A stretch of DNA of 64,000 nucleotides from Gemmatimonadota bacterium (GTDB lineage Bacteria > Gemmatimonadota > Gemmatimonadetes > Palauibacterales > Palauibacteraceae). Within the stretch, counting starts at the first letter, position 1, and the number at the start of each line of letters is the position of its first letter. The position numbers were made by a program, and so were the translations under genes. The stretch spans positions 53,471-117,470 of the forward strand of contig JBDHAC010000008.1 of the NCBI GenBank assembly GCA_039588275.1, in the 5' to 3' direction. Under the pieces are notes generated by a model, which was not told the DNA's origin, searched no databases, and saw nothing but the letters and a program-made list of their open reading frames with translations. Shown one piece after another: positions 9,645-19,311 of the stretch.

Positions 9645-10678
9645 TGGCCAAGTGGTCCCTGCGCGGCAGTCTCCTGCCGATCAACAACATCGGGGTCGAC
9701 CTCGGTACCGCGAACACCCTCATCTACGTCGAGGGCGAGGGCATCGTCATGAACGAGCCCTCGGTCGTCGCGGTCGAAAAGGACTCGGGACGAATCAAGG
9801 GAATCGGTCTCGAGGCCAAGCGCATGCTGGGGCGTACGCCGGCCGCCATCGAGGCCGTTCGGCCGCTCAAGGATGGCGTGATCGCGGATGTCGACATCAC
9901 CGAGATCATGCTCCGCTACTTCCTCAAGACCGTGACGGCGAACCGGGTCTTCAAGATCCGACCGCGAATCGTGGTCGGCGTGCCCTCGGGCATCACGGAG
10001 CTCGAGCGCCGCGCCGTGAGATCCAGCGCGCACGCCGCGGGAGCCAAAGAGGTCTACATGGTCTCAGAGCCCATGGCCGCCGCGATCGGCGTGGGGCTCC
10101 CGGTCGAGACCCCCACGGGGAACATGGTGATCGACGTGGGTGGGGGCACGACCGAGATCGCCGTGATCGCGCTCGCAGGCTCCGTGGCCGACACCTCCAT
10201 CCGGGTGGGGGGTGATGAGATGGACGCCGCCATCCTCGGCTTCCTCCGGAAGAACTACAACCTCCTCATCGGAGAGCCGACCGCCGAGGCGATCAAGATC
10301 CAGATCGGCTCCGCCTACCCGATCGACGAGGAAAGGGAGATGATGGTCAAGGGTCGTGACCTCGTCTCCGGCATACCGAAGACCGTCCGCGTGCACTCGG
10401 CGGAGATTCGCGAGTGCATGCAGGAGCCGATTCAACAGATCGTCGGCGCGGTGCGCAGGGCACTCGAGATCACTCCCCCCGAGTTGGCGTCGGATATCGT
10501 GGACCGCGGGATCGTGATGACGGGGGGCGGCGCGCTCGTGCGGGGTCTCGACATTCTGCTGCGCGAGGAGACCGGGTTGCCGATCCATGTGGACGAGGAG
10601 CCTCTCACCTGCGTCGTACGCGGGTGCGGTCGAATCCTCGACGATCTGGATCGTTATCGAGGTGTCCTCGCGACCTGA
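9644..10678 (+). CDS. mreB: Rod shape-determining protein MreB
   Basis: GVDLGTANT, EPMAAAIG, DVGGGTTE, MTGGGAL. Confidence 0.98.
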   Translation: MAKWSLRGSLLPINNIGVDLGTANTLIYVEGEGIVMNEPSVVAVEKDSGRIKGIGLEAKRMLGRTPAAIEAVRPLKDGVIADVDITEIMLRYFLKTVTANRVFKIRPRIVVGVPSGITELERRAVRSSAHAAGAKEVYMVSEPMAAAIGVGLPVETPTGNMVIDVGGGTTEIAVIALAGSVADTSIRVGGDEMDAAILGFLRKNYNLLIGEPTAEAIKIQIGSAYPIDEEREMMVKGRDLVSGIPKTVRVHSAEIRECMQEPIQQIVGAVRRALEITPPELASDIVDRGIVMTGGGALVRGLDILLREETGLPIHVDEEPLTCVVRGCGRILDDLDRYRGVLAT

Positions 10679-10717
10679 GCCCGGGCTTCTTCAGCAACCC
10701 GCCGGAATGGAGCGCGG

Positions 10718-11536
10718 ATGCCGTATCTGGAGGCGAATCGGCGAGGACGTACGCGAGCGGATCTGATCGCGGTCCTGGTCCTACTCGCCGCCGGGGGTCT
10801 GGTCGCGGCCCTTTCGCCTGGACAGCAAGCCGGACTCGCATCGCTCGTTCGAAGCTCGGCCCTGTATCCCTTCCTCCAGCTCCACCGCGCCTCGTCTGAG
10901 CGCGCGAGCCTCCAGCGGCGCGCCGCTGCTCTACGCGCCGAGCGGGACAGCCTCGTCACGGAATTGGCCGAATATCGCAGGCTGGCCGAGCAGGGTGCGC
11001 AGCTCCGCTCCGGAGTCGGCCTCGCCGGGCCGGCGGTTGGGTCCTTCGCCGCTGCCGAGGTCTACCCGGGGCGTCCACGGATCGGTGACTCCAACGAATT
11101 CGTGTTGCGTGGACAACAGCTGGTCGACGTGACCCTCCCCGCGGGAGTGTTCACGGGCCGAGGCCTGGTCGGTGTCGCGCGCGCGCGCCACATAGCCGGG
11201 GTCCGGGGGGAGTTCTGGAGCCATCCCGACTTTCGGATCAGCGTCCAGACCGAGGACGGCGCGATCACAGGGATCGTCCGTCCGTTCCGAGGGGAGGGCG
11301 GCCAGCCGATCATGCTGTTAGAGGGCGCGCCGTTCCAGAGCGAGCTCCCGCCCGGGGTGCACCTCGTCACCACGGGCGTGGCCGGCATCTACCCGCCGGG
11401 AATCCTGGTGGGCACGATTCGAGAGCGAGGAGAAGAGGAATCCGGTTGGATGAAGCGATACTACGTCGAACCGGCGGTCAGACCTGAGGATGCGGACGTC
11501 GTGCTCGTATGGCGACGGCCCACGCTCGGCCCGTAG
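10718..11536 (+). CDS. mreC: Rod shape-determining protein MreC
   Basis: N-terminal TM, coiled coil, GLVG and TTGVAGIYPPGILVG; position after mreB. Confidence 0.9.
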   Translation: MPYLEANRRGRTRADLIAVLVLLAAGGLVAALSPGQQAGLASLVRSSALYPFLQLHRASSERASLQRRAAALRAERDSLVTELAEYRRLAEQGAQLRSGVGLAGPAVGSFAAAEVYPGRPRIGDSNEFVLRGQQLVDVTLPAGVFTGRGLVGVARARHIAGVRGEFWSHPDFRISVQTEDGAITGIVRPFRGEGGQPIMLLEGAPFQSELPPGVHLVTTGVAGIYPPGILVGTIRERGEEESGWMKRYYVEPAVRPEDADVVLVWRRPTLGP

Positions 11537-11548
11537 GCGATTATCTCG

Positions 11549-12019
11549 ATGCGCGGGAACACCAACCTGGGCGCGTGGGTGCTGGTGGTACTGGTGCTGC
11601 TGCTGCACTTCGCTCTCCATCCCGTGCTCTCCGGCTGGCCCGCGGGGCCCGACCTGCTCGCGGGAGGTCTCCTCCTCGGCTCCCTACAGCTGCGAGCCGG
11701 TCAGGCGGCGGGCTTCGGGTTCGCGCTCGGACTTCTGGAGGCTTCCATGGCGCTCAGCGGACTCGGGACGTTGATGCTCGTGTTCACGCTGACGGGCTAC
11801 GTGGGAGCGCGGCTGCGCGATCTGTTCTATTCGGACTCGGCCCGCTTCGTTCCTACATTCCTGGTCGTGGGGGTGTTGCTCATACAGTGGGTCGTCGCCG
11901 CTCTCGTGAACTGGCCCCCCGAGGCGCGTTTCCTGCTCATCCATGCTCCGCTGGCGGCGGTCGCCACGGCTGCGGTCTGCTGGGTGGGTGAGCGCATCGT
12001 ATCGTTCTTCTTCGCGTAG
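11549..12019 (+). CDS. mreD: Rod shape-determining protein MreD
   Basis: Small polytopic membrane protein with PDLL and GFALGLL; between mreC and mrdA. Confidence 0.85.
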   Translation: MRGNTNLGAWVLVVLVLLLHFALHPVLSGWPAGPDLLAGGLLLGSLQLRAGQAAGFGFALGLLEASMALSGLGTLMLVFTLTGYVGARLRDLFYSDSARFVPTFLVVGVLLIQWVVAALVNWPPEARFLLIHAPLAAVATAAVCWVGERIVSFFFA

Positions 12020-12071
12020 CGGCGGCTGGTAAAGGTGGGGAGGACACCGTGATGGACCGGCGAGGTGAAAG

Positions 12072-13916
12072 GTGATGACGGACAGTCGTCGACTCGCGTT
12101 GAGACGGCAGCGCGGACGGATCGCCCTCGCCGGTCTGGCCGTCGTCCTAGCCATCCTCCTATCGACGTTCTTCCGGCTACAGATTCTCAGGAGCAGCCAA
12201 TACCAGCTTCGCTCGCAGGAGAATCGGCTGCGGGCCATCGGTGTTCCGGCCCCGCGCGGGACGATCTACGACCGCAACGGCCTCGTGCTGGCCGAGAACG
12301 TGCCGGGGTACGTCATCTCGCTCCTACCCGGTCCGCGCGATACTGTCGCCGCCACCCTCCGTCGACTCAGACCGCACCTCGACATCGGTCCGGAGGAGGA
12401 AGAAGAGCTTCTCGAAGAAACCCTCGCCCGACCTAACGACCCACTGGTTCTTCGCGACAACGCCACGTTCGAGCAGGTGGCGTTCATCGAGCAACGCCGC
12501 CCGGAATTCCGCCGAGTTGTCGTCGAGATGCGACCACACCGGCAGTACCCCGCCGGACCCGCGATCGCGCACCTGATCGGTTACGTGAACGAGATCTCGG
12601 AGACCGAGCTCGAACAGCCTCGCTACGAGGGCTACGAGCCCGGACGTGAGATCGGCAAGGACGGGATCGAGCGGCAGTACGAGGGTCAGCTGGCCGGTGA
12701 CCCGGGGGTTCGCTACGTCGAGGTCAATGCATTGGGCTCGATCGTGCGGGAATTCGATGGAGGGTTCGGCGACCCCGCGGATCCGGGTCAGGACCTCCAG
12801 CTGGGGATCGATCTCGAGCTCCAGGTCATGACGGATTCCATCTTCCCGGAAGGGATGCGCGGAGGCGTGGTGGCCCTCGAGCCTCGCACGGGCGAGGTGC
12901 TCGTCCTGTACAGCCACCCGACGTTCGATCCCAACCGCTTCGTCGGCGGAATCCCGACGACCTTGTGGAACTCTCTTCGCGACGACCCCGACAAGCCGCT
13001 GCTGAACCGCGCAAGCGCATCGGCCTACCCGCCCGGCTCGACCTGGAAGCTGGCCATGTCGACCATCGGTATGAAAACAGGTGCGTTGTCCATCGACTCG
13101 TACATGCCGCAGATCTGCACGGGAGCTCTCGCGTACGGGAATCGGACGTTCCACTGCTGGCGGCCCGGCGGGCACGGCAGGCTCGATCTGTCCGGGGCGA
13201 TCAAGGAGAGCTGCAACGTCTACTTCTACCAGGCCGGACAGCGGATCGGCCTCGACGCGCTCACCGAAGGGGCCGCTGCGCTCGGGTTCAACCAGCCGAC
13301 CGGTATCGATCTGCCGTACGAGACGCGGGGACTGTTCCCCGAATCGCGCGAGTGGTTCGATCAGCGGTACGGCACGCGCGGGTGGACGGAGTCGGTGGTC
13401 TGGAATCTCGCCATCGGCCAGGGCGAGAACCAGCAGTCGCTGCTGCGCCAGGCCCTCTTCTACACGGCTCTGGCGACGGGTGAGCCACCCATTCCGCCGC
13501 ATCTCGCGCGGAGCGAGGTGCTGGCGGAACGCAGGGTGTCCTGGGAGCTGGGGTTGCCCGAGGCGCGCCGCCGCGAGTTGTTGGAGGCGATGATCCGCGT
13601 CGCCAACGAGCCCCGTGGGACCGCGTACGGCTTCCGGCTGGCTCGCTGGACCCTGGCGGGCAAGACGGGAACGGCTCAGAATCCGCACGGCGAGCCGCAT
13701 TCGTGGTTCGTGGGCTTCGCTCCCGCATACGATCCCCGGATCGTCATCGCCGCGATCGTGGAACAGGGTCACCCGGACGGAACCGTTTCGCTCGCCGTCC
13801 CGCTCGCGTCGCGAATCGTCGACCGCTATCTGGAATCGATCGGACTGCCACCCGAGCCGGGAAGACTGCAGATCGCGTCGTCACCGACGCCCTCGGCAGG
13901 GCGTCAGGAGCCTTGA
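12072..13916 (+). CDS. mrdA: Penicillin-binding protein 2
   Basis: APRGTIYDRNG; transpeptidase motifs STWK, SCN and KTG. Confidence 0.96.
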   Translation: MMTDSRRLALRRQRGRIALAGLAVVLAILLSTFFRLQILRSSQYQLRSQENRLRAIGVPAPRGTIYDRNGLVLAENVPGYVISLLPGPRDTVAATLRRLRPHLDIGPEEEEELLEETLARPNDPLVLRDNATFEQVAFIEQRRPEFRRVVVEMRPHRQYPAGPAIAHLIGYVNEISETELEQPRYEGYEPGREIGKDGIERQYEGQLAGDPGVRYVEVNALGSIVREFDGGFGDPADPGQDLQLGIDLELQVMTDSIFPEGMRGGVVALEPRTGEVLVLYSHPTFDPNRFVGGIPTTLWNSLRDDPDKPLLNRASASAYPPGSTWKLAMSTIGMKTGALSIDSYMPQICTGALAYGNRTFHCWRPGGHGRLDLSGAIKESCNVYFYQAGQRIGLDALTEGAAALGFNQPTGIDLPYETRGLFPESREWFDQRYGTRGWTESVVWNLAIGQGENQQSLLRQALFYTALATGEPPIPPHLARSEVLAERRVSWELGLPEARRRELLEAMIRVANEPRGTAYGFRLARWTLAGKTGTAQNPHGEPHSWFVGFAPAYDPRIVIAAIVEQGHPDGTVSLAVPLASRIVDRYLESIGLPPEPGRLQIASSPTPSAGRQEP

Positions 13917-15127
13917 TGCTCGGCCGTCTCCGCGGGATCAACGACCCGGCGCTGCTCGCACTCCAGATGCTGCTCGCGCTGCTGGGGATCGCGATGATCT
14001 ATTCGGCCGGGCAGGTCGAGGTCCCTTCGGTCGCGACCGGAATCTGGACGCGCCAGCTCATGTGGCTGGGGATCGCTCTGGTCGCCTTCTGGGTGGCCAC
14101 GCGGGTTCCGGCTCGTTGGCTGGAATGGTTCGCGCCCTGGTTGTACGCGCTCGCCATCCTGCTTCTCATCGTCGTCCTGGCCATCGGAACGGGTCCGAAC
14201 ACGCGCAGTTGGCTCGAGCTTGGACCTGCGCGATTGCAGCCGGCGGAGGTAGCCAAGCTTGCCACGATTCTCATGCTCGCGAGGCTGTTGAGCGGCAAAG
14301 ACCAGGACTTCGCGGGCTTGTCCCGGCTCTGGAAGCCCGTCGCGGTCGTCGTCGTTCCCTTCGCGCTCGTCCTTCTTCAGCCCGACCTCGGGAGCGCCGT
14401 GATCTTCGGCGTAATCCTGATCGCGGCTCTCTTCTGGGCGGGAGTTCCACTCGTCAAGATCTTCCTGCTCGTGAGCCCCGCGGTGAGCCTGCTGCTGGGG
14501 TTCAATTGGGTGGTTTGGGGGGCCTGGTTCATCATCATCGCGGTGTTCCTGTATTTTCACCGGCCGTTCATCCTCGAATCGATCGGGGTGATCCTCGCGA
14601 ACTTCGCGGCCGGCGCTCTCACCGCCCCGCTGTGGAACAGCCTCGCCCCGTACCAGCAGAACAGACTTCTCGTGTTCCTCAACCCGGAGATCGACGCGCG
14701 TGGCGCGGGCTGGCACCTCATCCAGTCCAAAGTCGCGATAGGTTCGGGCGGACTCTTCGGACAGGGGTTCGCACAGGGGACGCAGAAGCGCCTCGCGTTC
14801 CTGCCCGAGCAGCACACGGACTTCCTGGGCTCCGTGATCGGTGAGGAGCTGGGGTTCGTTGGGGTCGTATTCGTCCTGGCGCTGTTCGCTCTCCTGCTGT
14901 GGCGGTTGGTGCGAATCGCGGTCGCCGCGAGCGACGACTTCGGCAGCACGGTGGTGTTCTGCCTGTCGGCCGTCGTCTTCGCCCACCTCGTAGTCAACCT
15001 CGGGATGACGGTAGGACTCATGCCCATTACCGGACTGCCGCTCCCTCTCCTCAGCTACGGCGGCAGCTTTCTCCTTCTCCTGTTCACCGGCCTCGGCATC
15101 ACACAGCAGATCGCCGGGCAACGCTGA
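13916..15127 (+). CDS. rodA: Rod shape-determining protein RodA (SEDS family)
   Basis: LQPAEVAK, QPDLG, LPEQHTDF, PITGLPLPLLSYGGS; ATG overlaps the mrdA stop. Confidence 0.96.
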   Translation: MLGRLRGINDPALLALQMLLALLGIAMIYSAGQVEVPSVATGIWTRQLMWLGIALVAFWVATRVPARWLEWFAPWLYALAILLLIVVLAIGTGPNTRSWLELGPARLQPAEVAKLATILMLARLLSGKDQDFAGLSRLWKPVAVVVVPFALVLLQPDLGSAVIFGVILIAALFWAGVPLVKIFLLVSPAVSLLLGFNWVVWGAWFIIIAVFLYFHRPFILESIGVILANFAAGALTAPLWNSLAPYQQNRLLVFLNPEIDARGAGWHLIQSKVAIGSGGLFGQGFAQGTQKRLAFLPEQHTDFLGSVIGEELGFVGVVFVLALFALLLWRLVRIAVAASDDFGSTVVFCLSAVVFAHLVVNLGMTVGLMPITGLPLPLLSYGGSFLLLLFTGLGITQQIAGQR

Positions 15128-15289
15128 CCTTCGGGCACTGGATGCCCTCGTTCCCGGGTTCGCCGAGCGGCGCGGCACGCGGTATATTCGCGCGCTGGCG
15201 GCGGGGGCCGTAGCGGAGCTTTAGACCCGGCGCCGAGCGTGGGCGCTCTACGCTTCGACCCCCGGTGCGCCCATCCACCTGGAGGACTC

Positions 15290-16126
15290 GTGTCCTGGTT
15301 CAAGAAGCCGAAGCAGAAGCTCGTCTCGCAGAAGCGCGAGCTCCCGAGCGAGGTATGGGACAAGTGCGAAGGGTGTGGCGAGATCCTGTACAGCGGACGT
15401 CTGGAGGAAAACGCGTTCGTGTGCCCCGCCTGCGGGCACCACTTCCGCTTCAGCGCCGAGCAGTACGAGCACCTGCTGCTCGATGACGACGAGCTCCTGG
15501 AGCCGTACGACACCAACCTACGATCCGCCGACCCGCTCGGGTTCCAGGACTCGAAGGCCTACACCGATCGAATCCGGGCCGCAGAGGAGCGAGCGGGGAG
15601 CCTGGAAGCGATCCGCACGGGGCTCGGACGCATCGAGGGGAGGGAAGTCCACCTCGGAACCATGGATTTCCGGTTCATCGGTGGCTCCATGGGTTCCGTC
15701 GTCGGCGAGAAGATCCGACGCCTCGCGGAGCGCTCGGTGGAGTCTTCGAGACCGTTGATCATCCTCTCGGCATCCGGGGGCGCCCGTATGCAGGAGGGCA
15801 TCCTGTCGCTCATGCAGATGGCGAAGACGGCGGCGGCTCTCGAGCGCCTGGCAGAGGTTCGCGTGCCGTACATCAGCGTGTTGACCAATCCCACCACGGG
15901 CGGTGTGACGGCATCGTACGCGATGCTCGGCGATGTAATCCTCGCGGAGCCCGGCGCTCTGATCGGGTTCGCGGGACCCCGCGTCATCAAAGAGACGATT
16001 CGACAGGATCTTCCGGAAGGATTCCAGCGCGCTGAGTTCCTCGAAGAGCACGGCATGGTGGACCGAATCGTCCCGCGCCCCGAGCTCCGTCGCGCAATCG
16101 CCCGGGTCCTCCACCACATGTGCTGA
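15290..16126 (+). CDS. accD: Acetyl-CoA carboxylase carboxyltransferase beta subunit
   Basis: C4 zinc finger (CEGC...CPAC), GGSMGSVVGEK, SGGARMQEG; GGAGG SD before GTG 15290. Confidence 0.97.
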   Translation: MSWFKKPKQKLVSQKRELPSEVWDKCEGCGEILYSGRLEENAFVCPACGHHFRFSAEQYEHLLLDDDELLEPYDTNLRSADPLGFQDSKAYTDRIRAAEERAGSLEAIRTGLGRIEGREVHLGTMDFRFIGGSMGSVVGEKIRRLAERSVESSRPLIILSASGGARMQEGILSLMQMAKTAAALERLAEVRVPYISVLTNPTTGGVTASYAMLGDVILAEPGALIGFAGPRVIKETIRQDLPEGFQRAEFLEEHGMVDRIVPRPELRRAIARVLHHMC

Positions 16127-17478
16127 GTCGCGGGGCATCCCGGATGGAAGCGGGGCACCTCGAGCCCGACGCGCAGTTGAGCGCCGTCGAGCGACTTCTG
16201 GCAGGCCGGCCGTTGACCACCGCGCGCTGGGGTCTGGAGCGCATCCAGGCGATGCTGGTGGGTCTGGGTCGTCCGGATCGGACATTCGATTCGCTCCACA
16301 TCGCCGGGACGAACGGGAAGGGGTCGACGGCCACCGTGGCGGCGTCCATTCTGACGGCGGCAGGCCGGCGGACCGGACTGTACACGTCACCCCACCTCGT
16401 TGATGTGCGGGAGCGGTTTCAAGCCGATGGAGCGCCCGTACCAGACGAGATCTTGAACCAGTGCGCGGACCAGCTCCTCCCCTTCGCGGAGCAGACAGGC
16501 GCCACCTTCTTCGAGGCGACCACGGCGCTCGCCTTCCTCTGCTTTGCGGAGCTGGAACTGGAGTGGGCCGTCGTCGAGACTGGACTGGGCGGACGCCTCG
16601 ACGCGACCAACGTCCTCCAACCCATTGTGTGCGCCATCACACAAATCGACGTTGATCACACCGATTTTCTGGGTCCGACCTTGGGCGAGATCGCGGGCGA
16701 GAAGGCCGGCATCATGAAACCGGGCGTACCCACGGTCACACCGGCACTCAGCCACGAGCTGCGCCGGATCTTCGAGCAGCAGGCGCTGCTGTTGTCGACG
16801 CCTCTCCTCTCGCTCGGGCGACACGCACACGTCGAGGACGTGAGCGTGAGTCGCGAAGTTACGTCGTTCCGATACCGCTCCAACCGCTTCGATCCAGGCC
16901 TGTCCCTGCGATCACCGTTGATCGGGCGACACCAGGCCGTGAATGCGGCGCTCGCGGTGCTCATGCTCGAGCAGGCGGTCGAGGGGTTGGATGCGGACCA
17001 CGTCAGGATCGGAGTTGAAGAGGCGCGACTCGCCGGGCGTCTCCAGAGGCTCGAGATCGACGGGCAAGAGTGGATTCTGGATATCGCGCACAACCTGGCG
17101 GGGGTGGAGGCGCTCCTCGTGACCGTGGTGGATCTGTCCCCTCCGAAACCGTGGATGTTCCTGGTTGCAATCTTGCGGGACAAGCCCTGGCAGCGGATGG
17201 TGCAGAAGATCGCCGAGGCCGCCGATGCGATGATCCTTACGGTCGCGCCATCGGCCCCGGCCGACCGACGCTGGGATTTCGAAGACGTGCAGGACTGGGC
17301 GGCGAGCACGATCTCGGGGCTGCCCGGCGCGAGGTCCTTCGAGCTCGAGCCGAACATGGATCTGGCTATCGACCGGGCGGGCGAACTATCGGGGGAAGGG
17401 ACGGTAATAGTCACAGGGTCCGCCCACACCGTGGGCGATGTATTAACCAGACTCGAGGACCGTGCGGTACCCGAATAG
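16120..17478 (+). CDS. folC: Folylpolyglutamate synthase / dihydrofolate synthase
   Basis: HIAGTNGKGST, YTSPHL, ETGLGGRLDATN, DIAHN; alternative start 16144. Confidence 0.95.
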   Translation: MLSRGASRMEAGHLEPDAQLSAVERLLAGRPLTTARWGLERIQAMLVGLGRPDRTFDSLHIAGTNGKGSTATVAASILTAAGRRTGLYTSPHLVDVRERFQADGAPVPDEILNQCADQLLPFAEQTGATFFEATTALAFLCFAELELEWAVVETGLGGRLDATNVLQPIVCAITQIDVDHTDFLGPTLGEIAGEKAGIMKPGVPTVTPALSHELRRIFEQQALLLSTPLLSLGRHAHVEDVSVSREVTSFRYRSNRFDPGLSLRSPLIGRHQAVNAALAVLMLEQAVEGLDADHVRIGVEEARLAGRLQRLEIDGQEWILDIAHNLAGVEALLVTVVDLSPPKPWMFLVAILRDKPWQRMVQKIAEAADAMILTVAPSAPADRRWDFEDVQDWAASTISGLPGARSFELEPNMDLAIDRAGELSGEGTVIVTGSAHTVGDVLTRLEDRAVPE

Positions 17479-17494
17479 GACAACAGGGAGGGAT

Positions 17495-17923
17495 ATGCTG
17501 TACGAACCAACGTTGGTCCAACCGATGCGGGATGAGCTGACACGAATCGGCGTCCAAGAGCTCCGTACCGCCGAAGATGTGGATGAGGTGATCGGGCGCG
17601 CCGAGGGCACGACGCTCATCGTCGTCAACTCCGTTTGCGGGTGCGCCGCGCGAAACGCCAGACCCGCCGTGGCGCTGGCGATGGAGTATGCGGTACAGCC
17701 AAACCGCGTCGTGACCGTGTTCGCGGGACAGGACATCGAAGCAACCGCACGTGCACGAGAATACTTCGTCGGCTATCGACCATCATCACCGTCACTCGCG
17801 TTGCTGCGGGATGGCGACCTCGTGTTCATGCTGGAGCGTCATCAGATCGAGGGTCGGGAGGCGGCAGACATCTCCCACGACGTCACGAAGGCCTACGATG
17901 AGTTCTGCGCGTCCGTGATCTGA
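17495..17923 (+). CDS. BrxA/BrxB family bacilliredoxin (YphP/YqiW-like)
   Basis: NSVCGCAA (CGC motif), TVFAGQD, PSSPS and ERHQIEG; GGGAGG SD. Confidence 0.92.
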   Translation: MLYEPTLVQPMRDELTRIGVQELRTAEDVDEVIGRAEGTTLIVVNSVCGCAARNARPAVALAMEYAVQPNRVVTVFAGQDIEATARAREYFVGYRPSSPSLALLRDGDLVFMLERHQIEGREAADISHDVTKAYDEFCASVI

Positions 17924-17945
17924 CCCGATCCGCAATCGGAATCGC

Positions 17946-17983
17946 GGTCCTCCCGACTCACCGGCCGGGGGGGCCTTTTTTCT
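17946..17983 (+). terminator. Intrinsic terminator after the accD-folC-brx unit
   Basis: GGTCCTCCCG / CGGGGGGGCC stem with G-U pairs, followed by TTTTTT. Confidence 0.75.
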
Positions 17984-18021
17984 TGCCGGGGTTCGAGCGG
18001 CACCGGTACATTGCCCGCCCT

Positions 18022-19311
18022 ATGGAATTCTCCAGCCTGCCTGGTTTCCGGGAGTTCTTCCCGGATGAGCTCGCGATGCGGAATCACATCTTCGACGCCT
18101 GGCGCCAGGTGGCCGCTCGATACGGTTTCGTGGAGTACGACGGTCCTCCTCTCGAGCCACTGGAGCTGTACACCCGCAAGTCGGGCGAGGAGATCGTCGG
18201 GCAGCTGTACCGGTTTATGGACATGGGGGGACGGGAAGTCGCTCTCCGCCCGGAGATGACACCGAGCTTCGCGCGCATGATCGCGTCGCGGGCGTCCGCC
18301 CTCCCCAAGCCGATACGCTGGTTCTCGATTCCGCAGCTCTTCCGTTACGAGCGACCTCAGCGCGGTCGCCTGCGCGAGCACTTCCAGCTCAACATGGACA
18401 TCGTGGGCGAGACGGACCCCCTGGCGGACGCGGAACTGGTGGCGGCCGGGCTCGACGCGCTGCGTGCCCTCGGTCTCCGGGCCGAGCACATCGTGGCCCG
18501 CATATCGGATCGCAGACTCATCAGCGGCGTTCTGACCGCCCTGGGAGTACCCGACGAAGGTCGACTCACAGTGTTCGCCGCGCTCGACAAGCTCCATCGC
18601 GAGAGCGACGAATGGGTCCGCGATCGCCTGCGAGAGGCAGGTGCGGGCGCGACCGCCTCCGATCGTATCCTCGGACTGGCCGACGCGACCCTCGAGACCC
18701 TCTCGGTGGAATACGGCAAGACGGAGGAAGTGGCGACGGCCATAAAACGACTCGAGCGGTTCTTCGGCCACATGCGCGCCTTCGGCCTCGAGAAGTACGT
18801 GGTCTTCGACGCCGGGCTGGTGCGAGGACTCGCGTACTACACGGGGACCGTGTTCGAGATCTGGGAACGGAGCGGGAAGCTCCGGGCGATCTGCGGGGGC
18901 GGGCGGTACGATGACCTATTGAGCGCCCTCGGCGGCGTCGATCTGCCAGCGGTGGGTTTCGGGATGGGAGACGTGGTGCTTGCCGAGCTCCTGCGGGACC
19001 TCGAGCTCCTCCCGGACATCGCACCGCCGGTTCAGGACTACATCGTGTGTGTCTCCGAGGCAGAGCGGCACCTCGCGCTGGAGCTCGCGATGGTGCTTCG
19101 GGAGAGCGGACGACGCGTCACGTACGACCTCCGGGAGCGCGGGGTCGGGCGACAGCTGAAAGCCGCCAGCCAGGCCGGTGCGGAGCGCGCCATAATTCTC
19201 GGACCGGAGGAGCTGACGAGGGGCGCCGTCATCGTGCGTCTCCTCGAGAGCGGCAAGGAGTCGGAAGTCCCGATCGACTCACTCCGGACTTCGGAGATGG
19301 GGGCGACGTGA
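18022..19311 (+). CDS. hisS: Histidine--tRNA ligase
   Basis: LRPEMT, FRYERPQRGRLREHFQ, RGLAYYTG, GGGRYD. Confidence 0.97.
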   Translation: MEFSSLPGFREFFPDELAMRNHIFDAWRQVAARYGFVEYDGPPLEPLELYTRKSGEEIVGQLYRFMDMGGREVALRPEMTPSFARMIASRASALPKPIRWFSIPQLFRYERPQRGRLREHFQLNMDIVGETDPLADAELVAAGLDALRALGLRAEHIVARISDRRLISGVLTALGVPDEGRLTVFAALDKLHRESDEWVRDRLREAGAGATASDRILGLADATLETLSVEYGKTEEVATAIKRLERFFGHMRAFGLEKYVVFDAGLVRGLAYYTGTVFEIWERSGKLRAICGGGRYDDLLSALGGVDLPAVGFGMGDVVLAELLRDLELLPDIAPPVQDYIVCVSEAERHLALELAMVLRESGRRVTYDLRERGVGRQLKAASQAGAERAIILGPEELTRGAVIVRLLESGKESEVPIDSLRTSEMGAT

